Below the pieces are notes generated by a model. That model did not search any database. It worked only from the letters and a program-made list of their open reading frames with translations, and was not told where the DNA came from. Below are positions 1-9,244 of a stretch of DNA of 28,896 bases, one piece after another. The position numbers and the translations under genes are program-made. The stretch covers positions 14,009 to 42,904 of the forward strand of contig CAZTUU010000002.1 in assembly GCA_964616505.1 (NCBI GenBank). The letters run 5' to 3'. Origin of the DNA: an uncultured Candidatus Saccharibacteria bacterium. Lineage in GTDB: Bacteria; Patescibacteriota; Saccharimonadia; Saccharimonadales; CAIOMD01. Within the stretch, counting starts at the first letter, position 1. Each line of letters begins with the position of its first letter.

Positions 1-490
1 TATACTCTGCTAGTACCTCACTAATCGTAATTGGTTCGCGGATATTTGGTATATCAAACCTGCCACATTGCTCAGCGGCCTCTATAATTATTTTTTTAGC
101 TCTATCTATATCAAAACTGGTTTTCTCACTTCTGTCTGCCAATATAGGAACAAAGTTACGCACCCCAATCTCTGTAGCTTTTTGAATAACCCAATCATTT
201 TTATCTTTTTTTAGTAATGACCACATAAGATAAATGTGTTTATCTGGTAACGTTGGATCAATCTCTGTCACAAAATCCAGCTTTAAGGCACGAGGATAGT
301 CTATTTTTGTAACTTTATAAAGTCTTTCTGATTGTTCGTTAAATAAAATAAGGTCATCACCAACTTTATATCGCAAAACTTTAAGCAATTGATTAACAAG
401 ATGCTGATCGTCTAGCCATAAAGTTTGAGATAAAATTAAGTCTCCCCACTTATTATGAACTTGGCCTACGTAAAATCTATGTAATCTCAT
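1..490 (-). CDS. rsmE: 16S rRNA m3U1498 methyltransferase RsmE (partial, runs off the window edge; not in ORF track)
   Basis: Manual translation from ATG at 490: MRLHRFYVGQ...LLKVLRYKVGD...KKDKNDWVIQKATEIGVRNFVPILADRSEK...EAAEQCGR. The QKATEIGV, RSE and EAAEQ(C/S)GR motifs are typical of RsmE. Confidence 0.93.
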   Translation of the reverse strand, partial: MRLHRFYVGQVHNKWGDLILSQTLWLDDQHLVNQLLKVLRYKVGDDLILFNEQSERLYKVTKIDYPRALKLDFVTEIDPTLPDKHIYLMWSLLKKDKNDWVIQKATEIGVRNFVPILADRSEKTSFDIDRAKKIIIEAAEQCGRFDIPNIREPITISEVLAEY

Positions 491-503
491 CAATAATATT
501 ATA

Positions 504-1151
504 TCAACTTAAAATTATCATTAACCACATAAATAATGCTAATAACGGTAAAATACTGGCTATAAATATACTTTGTACCTGTTTATGGTGTGAGTTTTTA
601 TAATAAATATAGAATATAATTTGGCTACCAATAAACCAGGTAATGTAATTTATTATGTTTGGTTTTACATCTGGATAGTTCCACAACCCCACGCTCGTGG
701 CCATTTGCTCTAAAACTAAATCAAAAATTACAACTAAAGCTCCACCCAGTAAAAATTTATTAATTAAGCTTAATCTACCATAAGATCCAATCTGCCAAGC
801 CGACAAGGTAATCATTAGCCAAAGAATGCTAATTGCCACACTGACTCCCAATAGTTTATAGCCAAACTGTGGGTTGTATATGTAACCTCCAATAGTTTTA
901 TCTCCAATAAATGCGAAAATAAAACCCAAACTTAAAACTAATACTGTAGATATGAGTTTATTTTTTGGATTAACGTCCCACTGCCACAACATTAGGCTTG
1001 CGATAATAGCAAAAGCCAACGGTATAAATTTTATAGAAGCAGTTATGCCAAAAGCATATAAAACTACACTTACTAGCAACATGAAAATGCAGATTACACT
1101 TAAGATATATTGCAAATTATGATCTAAAAATTTTTGATATTTACTTTTCAT
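504..1151 (-). CDS. Carotenoid biosynthesis protein-like membrane protein (CruF/DUF422, Caroten_synth family), divergent
   Basis: About 6-7 hydrophobic helices; GGYIYNPQFGYKLLGVSVAISILW resembles the family FG.Y.Y...LG..l.gVP....W motif; FDLVLEQMA...GLWNY...PNIINYITWF resembles D..lEP.a...g.W.w...P..N..gW. Confidence 0.65.
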   Translation of the reverse strand: MKSKYQKFLDHNLQYILSVICIFMLLVSVVLYAFGITASIKFIPLAFAIIASLMLWQWDVNPKNKLISTVLVLSLGFIFAFIGDKTIGGYIYNPQFGYKLLGVSVAISILWLMITLSAWQIGSYGRLSLINKFLLGGALVVIFDLVLEQMATSVGLWNYPDVKPNIINYITWFIGSQIIFYIYYKNSHHKQVQSIFIASILPLLALFMWLMIILS

Positions 1152-1176
1152 AACTTAATAAACTTTAGCTGATATT

Positions 1177-2688
1177 CTATAAATGAAGTTCTGGGTATAT
1201 TGATTTAGTTACTTCGTCAACTTCGCTCTTTAGCTGCGGAAACGGTACACCCTCTCGTGCAGACACTCCCTCAAATATCCAAAAGACACGTTCACTGAAA
1301 CCCCAACCACATGCTGGAGGCATTCCATACTCTAACATCTCTACAAAATCTATATCTAACATCATTGCCTCATCATCACCATGATCGCGCAAACTTTGCT
1401 GTTCTACAAATCTATTAAGTTGATCTACGGGGTCATTAAGCTCACTAAATCCATTACCTAGCTCGCTACCAGCCATAATAGGCTGAAAACGTTGAACAGT
1501 ATTATCATTGCCTGGATTAGATTTTGCCAGTGGACTAATAAATTTAGGCGTGTTAATTAACCAAACAGGACCAGCCACATCTTTTCTAATGTTCTTCCAT
1601 AACTTATCTATTCCTCGAGCTTTGTTTTCTGTCTTGGCAACTTCTAACTTATTATCAGCTAAGGCTTTTTTTATTTGGTCTATTGTACAGTTATAGACGT
1701 CTATGTCATATCTTTTTTTAATGGTTTCGGCATAGTCCCATTGTGTCCATTCTTTAGACAGATCAATCTCAAACTTACCTAGCTTAAACTGCAAAGTACC
1801 AAAAGTTTTTTGCAATACATATCTATATAAATCTGTCATAAACTTCATGCCTGTTTGCCAATCCCAATATGCCGCATACCATTCCATGGCAACATGCTCT
1901 GGTAAATGCTCGTCACTATAATTCTCATTTCTAAAGCGTGGGCCAATATCAAACACCCTTTCGTAGCCTCCACCCAATAGTCGCTTTAGAGGTAGTTCGT
2001 GACTAATTCGTAAATAAAAATCTTGATCTAGGGCATCCATATGAGTTACGAATGGGTTAGCATCAGCCCCACCAGTTGTATGCTCTAAAACCGGAATATT
2101 AATCTCATAAAAATCATTTTTAAGCAGGAACTCTCTGGTTGCTTGCCAGAATTTACTACGCCTAATAAAGCGTTCGTAAACATCATTATTAACATTAGTA
2201 TCAATGTATCGTCTACGTAAACGTTCTTCTTTATTAGTAAAACCATCTTGTGTGGTTGGCATTGGCCTAAGTGATTTAGTAAGCAATCTCAGTTTTTTAA
2301 CTTCTACAGAAACCTCACCTGTTTGAGTTTTAATTACGGTTCCGGTTGCTTCTATAAAATCACCACTATCAAGTAAGTTAAGTTCTTTTAATGAAAGTTC
2401 TGAGTTGGGATAGTTAGGGTAATCATCTAAAATACCTGATTTTATAAATAGTTGAACTTGGCCACTACTATCTTTTAAGACAATAAAAGCCAGTTTTCCA
2501 AACTTTCTAATGCTTACAATCCGCCCGACAACTGTTACCTCTGTAGATTGTAAAACCTCAAAGCCACCACTAACCTCACCCGCAAATTTTGTTCTATTTG
2601 CTCCTGCTGGATAAGGATTAACACCCAATTGTTTTAAGTCATGAAGTTTGCGTAAACGCTCATCACGAAGTTCTTTTAATGTAGCCAT
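1177..2688 (-). CDS. lysS: Lysine--tRNA ligase (class II)
   Basis: N-terminal OB-fold (GRIVSIRKFGKLAF...GQVQL), GGADANPF, motif 2 FRNE...HLPEH, motif 3 EYGMPPACGWGFSERV. Confidence 0.98.
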   Translation of the reverse strand: MATLKELRDERLRKLHDLKQLGVNPYPAGANRTKFAGEVSGGFEVLQSTEVTVVGRIVSIRKFGKLAFIVLKDSSGQVQLFIKSGILDDYPNYPNSELSLKELNLLDSGDFIEATGTVIKTQTGEVSVEVKKLRLLTKSLRPMPTTQDGFTNKEERLRRRYIDTNVNNDVYERFIRRSKFWQATREFLLKNDFYEINIPVLEHTTGGADANPFVTHMDALDQDFYLRISHELPLKRLLGGGYERVFDIGPRFRNENYSDEHLPEHVAMEWYAAYWDWQTGMKFMTDLYRYVLQKTFGTLQFKLGKFEIDLSKEWTQWDYAETIKKRYDIDVYNCTIDQIKKALADNKLEVAKTENKARGIDKLWKNIRKDVAGPVWLINTPKFISPLAKSNPGNDNTVQRFQPIMAGSELGNGFSELNDPVDQLNRFVEQQSLRDHGDDEAMMLDIDFVEMLEYGMPPACGWGFSERVFWIFEGVSAREGVPFPQLKSEVDEVTKSIYPELHL

Positions 2689-2784
2689 TAGCCATTAGTA
2701 TACAGTAAACCTATAGTAGTTTACAGATCTAGCCAAATAGACATCTGACATTCTTACCTGAATTACATATTATATTCTAAAAAA

Positions 2785-3246
2785 TTAAGAGATTTCGGTA
2801 ATTTTATATGTAATGGTTTCGGCAGGAGTAATAATTTCTACTTCCTCGCCTAAATTTTTACCGACTAATGCTTGGCCAATTGGTGATTCGTCGCTGATTT
2901 TACCATTCAAAGGGTCAGCCTCTACGGTACCCACAACCTGAAATTCTTTTGCTTTGCCACCATCGGCTTTTAATTTAACAACTGAGCCTAATTGCACTTT
3001 ACTTGCACCTTTTGGCTTTTTAATAACTTCTGAATTTTTTAATATAGCTTCTATGTCGGAGATTCGGCTTTCTGCCCAATCTTGCTCTGCGCGAGCAGAT
3101 GCATATTCTGCATTTTCGCTTAAGTCACCTAGTTCTCTTGCAGATTTAATTCTTTCGGTAATCGGCCCACGTTCTAAAATAAGTTTTTCACGCTCAATAG
3201 ATAGCTCGTCTATGCCTTGTTGTGTCAATTTAAATTGTTTTTTCAT
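2785..3246 (-). CDS. greA: Transcription elongation factor GreA
   Basis: GDLSENAEY acidic finger; C-terminal ISDESPIGQALVG; SD GAGGGG upstream. Confidence 0.98.
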   Translation of the reverse strand: MKKQFKLTQQGIDELSIEREKLILERGPITERIKSARELGDLSENAEYASARAEQDWAESRISDIEAILKNSEVIKKPKGASKVQLGSVVKLKADGGKAKEFQVVGTVEADPLNGKISDESPIGQALVGKNLGEEVEIITPAETITYKITEIS

Positions 3247-3264
3247 ATTAATTATCCCCTCTGT

Positions 3265-3318
3265 AAAACAATACCGATATAGCCAACCCTTAGTCCCCGG
3301 TATTGGTATTAAATTATA
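3265..3318 (-). promoter_or_regulatory. greA leader: TATAAT box followed by a terminator-like hairpin (candidate attenuator)
   Basis: Minus strand: TATAAT (3313-3318), 8-bp stem CAAUACCG/CGGUAUUG (3298-3305 with 3269-3276), then UUUU (3265-3268), ahead of the SD. Confidence 0.5.
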
Positions 3319-3330
3319 CGATAATAATCG

Positions 3331-4581
3331 TTAAACTCCTAGCACCTTATTGAGCTGAGTTTTGTTAACTTGTTCTGATTTATCATCTGTTCTTTTCTTT
3401 AGTTCATAACAATTTTCATTAATAGTTTTTTGACTAACTATTACTCTGTATGGAAAACCATAAAGATCTGCATCTGCAAACTTATCTCCGGCTCGTGTTT
3501 TACGATCATCACAAAAAACTTTGACTCCTGAGTCATTCAAACTATCATAAATCTCTTGGCAGGCGCTTATAACCGCATCATCTTCGCCTAGTTGTACCAA
3601 ATATACCCTAAATGGTGATACAGCCTCTGGCCAGACTAAACCCTTACCATCAGAAAAATGCTCCGCTATAACACCCATTAATCGGGTAACACCAATGCCG
3701 TAAGAACCTAAAATAACTGGTTTGCGCTGACCCGTTTCATCTACATAAAAAAGATCTAATTGCTTAGACTTTACATCACCAAAACTAAAAATATTGCCCA
3801 CTTCGGCTGCTTTTAGCTCCTCTAGCTCCTCCCGTTTTACCCCAAGCTGATTCATTACATCATCTGTTAATACTTCTTGATTAATTGCCAGTTTTTTTTG
3901 CCTATGTAGGTAAATAATATCTTCGCCTGCATCAGTTATGGTCTGAAACTCATGGCTAAACTGAGTAAAAGCACCTCCTGATGCGAATGTAGTAAAAGTA
4001 TATTCACCTAAGCCAACTCTACCAAAAACCCTTAAATAGGCATCTATCACGCCATCATAAAATTTTTGATGAGATTCATCATCTAAAGAATACGAATACA
4101 TGTCTTTCATTACAAATTCACGTCCACGCATAATTCCACTTTTTGCACGTAGCTCATTACGCAACTTAGTCTGAAATTGATACACGTAAGCTGGAACGTC
4201 TTTATAACTATTAATAAACGGTTTCATCATAGCAGTAATTGGTTCTTCATGAGACCACCCAAAACCTACATCCGTACCACTTTTAAGCTTAGACTTAAAC
4301 CATACATCAACAGTTTTATCATCCCAGCGATCTGTCTTTTCCCATACTTCACGTTTTTGCAGAGCCGTCATAATTATCTCTTCACCGCCAATAGCATTCA
4401 TCTCATCACGAATAATACTTTTGATATTATCTAGCACCATTAATCCTAATGGCAAGTAGGCATAAACCCCAGCCATCTCTTTATGAATAAAGCCAGCTTT
4501 AATAAGCAGTTGCGCGTTTTTAGCAGTCTCATCTGCTGGAATAGTTTTAGTTGTCTTTGTGAATAATTGTGATGCTTTCAT
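3331..4581 (-). CDS. proS: Proline--tRNA ligase, short form without the INS editing domain
   Basis: LLIKAGFI, motif 2 KLRNELRAKSGIMRGREFVMKDMYS, motif 3 GSYGIGVTRL, anticodon-binding domain DDR..RAGDKFADADL; 416 aa versus about 570 aa for the INS-containing form. Confidence 0.97.
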   Translation of the reverse strand: MKASQLFTKTTKTIPADETAKNAQLLIKAGFIHKEMAGVYAYLPLGLMVLDNIKSIIRDEMNAIGGEEIIMTALQKREVWEKTDRWDDKTVDVWFKSKLKSGTDVGFGWSHEEPITAMMKPFINSYKDVPAYVYQFQTKLRNELRAKSGIMRGREFVMKDMYSYSLDDESHQKFYDGVIDAYLRVFGRVGLGEYTFTTFASGGAFTQFSHEFQTITDAGEDIIYLHRQKKLAINQEVLTDDVMNQLGVKREELEELKAAEVGNIFSFGDVKSKQLDLFYVDETGQRKPVILGSYGIGVTRLMGVIAEHFSDGKGLVWPEAVSPFRVYLVQLGEDDAVISACQEIYDSLNDSGVKVFCDDRKTRAGDKFADADLYGFPYRVIVSQKTINENCYELKKRTDDKSEQVNKTQLNKVLGV

Positions 4582-4598
4582 GTAACGAATTGTATCAG

Positions 4599-5345
4599 TT
4601 ATTTTATAGCAAATACAAAAAGTACTAAAAATGCCATAAAATTTTTAATTGAATGCAGTATTATACATACCCAAAGGTTCTGAGTTTTCTCTAATATAAA
4701 TATCATGACTAATGATAGTACAAATACATCTACCGCCACATTCCATTGCAAATGAACTAAGGCAAACAGGCTACTGGCTATTAATGCTGATAGAATTTTT
4801 GGCCATTTTGTAGCTAACCCTCTATATAAAAAACCTCTAAATAGCATCTCTTCGGCTACTGGTGGAATAACCACCAACCCGACAAATGCCAAAAGCAATT
4901 GCCAGCCCCTAGCCGAACCATATCCCACATTTTGAGCCTGATTAACATCAAAATTAGGGATAAAAGAAGCCGCTAGCAACGCAGTAGAAGTTAGCGCTAA
5001 GTAAATAGCTATGCCTATAATAATCCACAAAAAATCTTTTTTGATAAACTTGCTAAAACCTAATGACGAAAAGCCAGTTTTTTTATATTTTAAAAAAAGC
5101 CAAAGCACAAGAATTAATATTAATGACGAAAAGCCTGTGAGTACCAAATTAAACCATGTTGAACTGCCTATACTACTTTCTATAGGCTCGCCAGGATTAA
5201 ATACACCCCAAGCAGCCAACGGCAAAAACATACTAATCTGTGCAGCAAAGTATGCAGCAAAAGCTACGATTAGTGCTGTCCACGGACCCCAGGGCAATAC
5301 ATAATGTTTTTTATGTTGGGTAATGGTACCTGTCTTTAAAACCAT
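4599..5345 (-). CDS. CPBP/Abi (Rce1/CAAX-like) family intramembrane glutamic endopeptidase
   Basis: AEEMLFRG, FALVH and HSIKN motifs in a multi-TM protein. Confidence 0.92.
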   Translation of the reverse strand: MVLKTGTITQHKKHYVLPWGPWTALIVAFAAYFAAQISMFLPLAAWGVFNPGEPIESSIGSSTWFNLVLTGFSSLILILVLWLFLKYKKTGFSSLGFSKFIKKDFLWIIIGIAIYLALTSTALLAASFIPNFDVNQAQNVGYGSARGWQLLLAFVGLVVIPPVAEEMLFRGFLYRGLATKWPKILSALIASSLFALVHLQWNVAVDVFVLSLVMIFILEKTQNLWVCIILHSIKNFMAFLVLFVFAIK

Positions 5346-5351
5346 AATATG

Positions 5352-6509
5352 CTAAAAAAATCTCTTTATATCTACAAAGGTAATAAGAACAAACAGTAGC
5401 ATCAATGCTACAAATCCACCCCCATGTATCCATTCTTCTGTTTTAGGTAATAGTGGCTTTTTTAGAGTATGAAAGATAAATGTCACAAAGGCACGACCGC
5501 CATCAAGTGCAGGTATTGGTAATGCATTCATTATAGCCAAAGTTAGGCTAATTATAGCAATAATAAATAAAATAAATTCTATACCCAAAGTAGTACCCTG
5601 TTTTAAAATTACGAATATACCTACTGGCCCTGAGACGTTTTGGCTAGCATCACTTGCCTCTTGTTTGGCAGTTTTAGTATCGCCTACAACTGCATGCCCC
5701 AGAGCCTGTGCTAAGTTTGCAACTATTGTTGCTAAACCTTTAAGTGTAAGAACAGTAAACTGAATTGTTAACCCAACTGCTTGTATTGGTGCTGACCAAG
5801 TTGCACGTTCAACCACATAAGGTGTAGGCACAACCCCTAAATAGCCTTTTGGGCTATCAGTTTCTAAACTTGCTTCTACCTCTTGAGTCGTTAGTAAACT
5901 AACCTTAGTATTGGTCACTTTTCCCTTTAAAGAATAACTAATAGGTACAGTTTTACCAGCATTACTACTTGTAGCTACTCGTAGTTGATCTGCAGTTACT
6001 ATCGGCTGATTATTTATAGTATTAATAACTGACCCCGGAACAATACCAACGTTAGCAGCTGGTGACCCTGGGGTGACATTTGCACTTATAACTACTTCTT
6101 TAGTAATATTACTATCGCTCTTTATCTTGTATTGATTTGGCACAATTTGTGGCATCCCAATCCAAGCCAAAATAGTAAACATCACTAAAGCGACTATTAA
6201 ATTCATAGCTACACCAGCGAGCATTATGCGATATTTAGCGGGTAGACTAGCCGCCCCATAAGCACCCTTGGTTATATCAGCATCATGCTCGCCCTTAAGC
6301 TTCACAAATCCACCAAGCGGCAATAGGTTGATAGTGTAATAGCATCTAAAAATACCCTTACCTATTGTTTTACCAAATAATTTAGGCGGAAACCCAACGC
6401 CAAACTCTTCTACGTCAACTCCGTTACGTTTAGCGACTAAAAAATGGCCATACTCGTGTACTACTACTAGCAGTACAAATAAAAATAAGCCAAGAATTAG
6501 CAACCACAT
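5352..6509 (-). CDS. rseP: Site-2 (M50) zinc metalloprotease RseP/RasP with PDZ domain
   Basis: HEYGH, INLLPLGGFV, GSPAANVGI (PDZ), SGPVGI, NALPIPALDGG. Confidence 0.95.
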   Translation of the reverse strand: MWLLILGLFLFVLLVVVHEYGHFLVAKRNGVDVEEFGVGFPPKLFGKTIGKGIFRCYYTINLLPLGGFVKLKGEHDADITKGAYGAASLPAKYRIMLAGVAMNLIVALVMFTILAWIGMPQIVPNQYKIKSDSNITKEVVISANVTPGSPAANVGIVPGSVINTINNQPIVTADQLRVATSSNAGKTVPISYSLKGKVTNTKVSLLTTQEVEASLETDSPKGYLGVVPTPYVVERATWSAPIQAVGLTIQFTVLTLKGLATIVANLAQALGHAVVGDTKTAKQEASDASQNVSGPVGIFVILKQGTTLGIEFILFIIAIISLTLAIMNALPIPALDGGRAFVTFIFHTLKKPLLPKTEEWIHGGGFVALMLLFVLITFVDIKRFF

Positions 6510-6512
6510 TAC

Positions 6513-7199
6513 TTAACTCCCAAATCGCCTTTTGCGATTTGCATAATCTTTTAAAGCAAGCCCAAAGTCATCATTACTAAAATCTGGCCATAACACATCA
6601 CTAAAATACATCTCAGCATATGCTAAACGCCATAGCATAAAGTTGCTAATACGTTTTTCTCCAGAAGTTCGTATTAACAAATCAACCCGTGGTAGATCTG
6701 GAGCATACAAATTTTGCTCAATACTACCAATAGTTAATATCTCTCCAGACTCAATCACTGCCTTAGCAGAATCAACTATCTCTTGTTGGCCACCATAATT
6801 AAAACACAAACCCAAAGTACCACCGATATTATTAGCCGTTTTCTCCTCAGCATTTTTAAGAGCTTTCAATAATTTATCGTTTATTCTGTCTTTACTGCCT
6901 AGCCATAATAGTTTTATATTTTTTTTATGTAGCTCATCAAGATCTTTAGTTACCATTTTATAAGCCAAATTCATAAGATAATTAACCTCTTTTTGAGTAC
7001 GTTTCCAGTTTTCTGTACTAAATATGTAAGCGGATACATATTTAACGCCGCTATTAAATGCAAAGTCTACTATAGTTTTTAGATTATTATAGCCCTGCCT
7101 ATGACCCTCAACAGATGGTAGACCCTTAGATTTTGCCCACCTACGATTGCCATCCAAGATTATTCCAACATGTGTAGGAATTTCACTAATATTTGACAT
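6513..7199 (-). CDS. uppS: Undecaprenyl/polyprenyl diphosphate synthase (cis-prenyltransferase)
   Basis: HVGIILDGNRRWAK, FSTENWKR, YGGQQEI, DLLIRTSGEKRISNFMLW. Confidence 0.97.
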   Translation of the reverse strand: MSNISEIPTHVGIILDGNRRWAKSKGLPSVEGHRQGYNNLKTIVDFAFNSGVKYVSAYIFSTENWKRTQKEVNYLMNLAYKMVTKDLDELHKKNIKLLWLGSKDRINDKLLKALKNAEEKTANNIGGTLGLCFNYGGQQEIVDSAKAVIESGEILTIGSIEQNLYAPDLPRVDLLIRTSGEKRISNFMLWRLAYAEMYFSDVLWPDFSNDDFGLALKDYANRKRRFGS

Positions 7200-7762
7200 T
7201 ATACAGTTAAAATCTCACGTTCTTTCGTTTTGGCTAAGCCCTCAATTTCTGCCTTAGCCTTTGCCATAGATTCGTCCATTTGCTTTTCTAATCTAGAGTA
7301 ATCATCTTGGCTAATTTCTTTGTCAGATTTTAGTTTTTTGGCTGCGTCAAGCGCATCATGCCTAATATTGCGACAGACAATATGAGATTCTTCTACCTTT
7401 TCGTTCAGTTGCTTAACTATTGCTTGTCTGCGCTCTGTAGTAAGAGTTGGTATAGGAACCCTTACAACGCGCCCATCGTCAGACGGATTTAGTCCTAATG
7501 CTTGATTATTACGTATGGCGTCTGTAATAGCCTGTATATTATTAGGATCAAAAGGAGTTATTTGTAATAATTGCGCCTCTGGAGCCGTAATATTACTAAC
7601 CTGGTTAATGGGCATTGGCGTACCGTATGCAACTACCATAACTCCTTCTAGCATACTGGGGTGAGCCCTACCTGTACGAAGTTTTTTTAGCTCTTCACTA
7701 AAATGAGAACAAGCATCTTTTAATTTAAAACTTGCATCTTCAATAATTTGGTTTGGATTCAC
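7199..7762 (-). CDS. frr: Ribosome recycling factor
   Basis: LRTGRAHPSML, LNPSDDG..VRVPIPTLTTERR, RNIRHDA; GTG start with SD GAGGT; stop overlaps the uppS start (TAATG). Confidence 0.97.
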   Translation of the reverse strand: MNPNQIIEDASFKLKDACSHFSEELKKLRTGRAHPSMLEGVMVVAYGTPMPINQVSNITAPEAQLLQITPFDPNNIQAITDAIRNNQALGLNPSDDGRVVRVPIPTLTTERRQAIVKQLNEKVEESHIVCRNIRHDALDAAKKLKSDKEISQDDYSRLEKQMDESMAKAKAEIEGLAKTKEREILTV

Positions 7763-7799
7763 AATAAATTTACCTCTTATATGTATCTATTATTGTAGT

Positions 7800-7833
7800 T
7801 AAAAATAGTGGCTATTACTTGCAACTATTTTTA
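7800..7833 (-). terminator. AT-rich hairpin after tsf, possible weak intrinsic terminator
   Basis: Inverted repeat TAAAAATAGT (7800-7809) / ACTATTTTTA (7824-7833) with an inner GC/GC pair. Confidence 0.4.
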
Positions 7834-7850
7834 TTAGGTCTATTTACTTT

Positions 7851-8450
7851 TTAACTAACTTCGCCAAGAGCCTTTCTGTCAAAGCGACGTACGACTATGT
7901 TTTCACCAAGTTTAGCAATACCTTGCTTTACGTATTCTCCAACAGTAATATCTGGATTTTTAATAAAAGGTTGGTCTAGTAAGCATTTCTCTGCAAAATG
8001 TTTTTTTAACATTCCTTCTACAATTTTTGGCACCATATTAGCTGGTTTGCCATCGCCCGTAGCCTTCTCTGTAAATTCTTTTTCGACCTGAGTCTTATCT
8101 TTAGCCGGAATATCTTCTGCGCTAACATACAAAGGACTAGTGGCTGCAATATGCATAGCTAAATCCTTAACGAGTTCTTTAAATTGATCGTTACGGGCTA
8201 CAAAATCAGTCTCGCAATTTACCTCCACCAACACACCAATGCGGTTATCGTGTAAATAGCTGCCAATTACACCTTCGCGAGCCTCACGCTCACCACGCTT
8301 GTCGGCCTTGGTTAAACCTTTTTTACGCATAGCTGCCAAGGCTTTATCAAAATCTCCGCCTGAATCTACTAGGGCTTTTTTAGCATCTGTAATGCCGACA
8401 CCAGTAAGTTCACGTAATCTCTTTATTGATTCTATATCGATCTTAGACAT
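7851..8450 (-). CDS. tsf: Elongation factor Ts (short, about 200 aa form)
   Basis: IKRLRELTGVGITDAKKAL, EVNCETDFVARN, LLDQPFIKNP; follows rpsB. Confidence 0.97.
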   Translation of the reverse strand: MSKIDIESIKRLRELTGVGITDAKKALVDSGGDFDKALAAMRKKGLTKADKRGEREAREGVIGSYLHDNRIGVLVEVNCETDFVARNDQFKELVKDLAMHIAATSPLYVSAEDIPAKDKTQVEKEFTEKATGDGKPANMVPKIVEGMLKKHFAEKCLLDQPFIKNPDITVGEYVKQGIAKLGENIVVRRFDRKALGEVS

Positions 8451-8462
8451 TATTACCCCCTC

Positions 8463-9224
8463 TTAGTCCTTTTTAACTTCTTCTTTTTTAGATTCTGCTG
8501 TTTTTTCTGCTTTGTCTGCTTTTTTAGCTACCGCACTTTGACCTCTAGTCACAGCTTCTTTGACATAATCACAAACAACAATAATTGCTTTTATAGCATC
8601 ATCATTACAAGCCACAGGATGAGTAACTAAACTTGGATCAGCATTAGTATCTACTAGAGCAACTACTGGAATACCTAATTTCTTAGCTTCTTTTATAGCA
8701 TTATCTTCTTTTACAATATCTACTACAAACAAAACTCCCGGGCGACCATTCATATCTTTTATGCCACCAAATTTTTTGTTCATATCGTCTATTTGCTCTT
8801 GGAATCTTTGTACCTCTAGCTTGTTATACTTAGAGGCTAACTCACCACTAGCCATTTTAGCCTCAAGGTCTTTCAATTTCTTAACCTGAATATTCATAGT
8901 GTTAGTATTGGTAAGCATTCCACCAAGCCAACGCTCGGTGACATATGGCTGGCCCAAAGAAGTGGCAGTCTCTTTAATAATATCTTGCGCTTGACGCTTT
9001 GTACCAACAAACAAAACCTGCCTGCCCTGAGCTACAGTTTGCTCAATAAATGGCAAGTTTTTCTCTAGTTGGTCTACAGTTTTAGTTAAATCAATAATAT
9101 GATTTTCGCCCCTTTTACTATGAATAAACGGTGCCATTTTTGGATGGCGACGGCTAGTCTTGTGTCCAAAGTGAGCACCAGACTCTAGTAAAACTTTAAT
9201 ATCTACATTATATGTATCCGACAT
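8463..9224 (-). CDS. rpsB: 30S ribosomal protein S2
   Basis: GAHFGHK, LFVGTKRQA, RWLGGMLTN, DTNADP, NDDAIKAI. Confidence 0.98.
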   Translation of the reverse strand: MSDTYNVDIKVLLESGAHFGHKTSRRHPKMAPFIHSKRGENHIIDLTKTVDQLEKNLPFIEQTVAQGRQVLFVGTKRQAQDIIKETATSLGQPYVTERWLGGMLTNTNTMNIQVKKLKDLEAKMASGELASKYNKLEVQRFQEQIDDMNKKFGGIKDMNGRPGVLFVVDIVKEDNAIKEAKKLGIPVVALVDTNADPSLVTHPVACNDDAIKAIIVVCDYVKEAVTRGQSAVAKKADKAEKTAESKKEEVKKD

Positions 9225-9244
9225 ATCCTTTATCTCCTTCTTCG

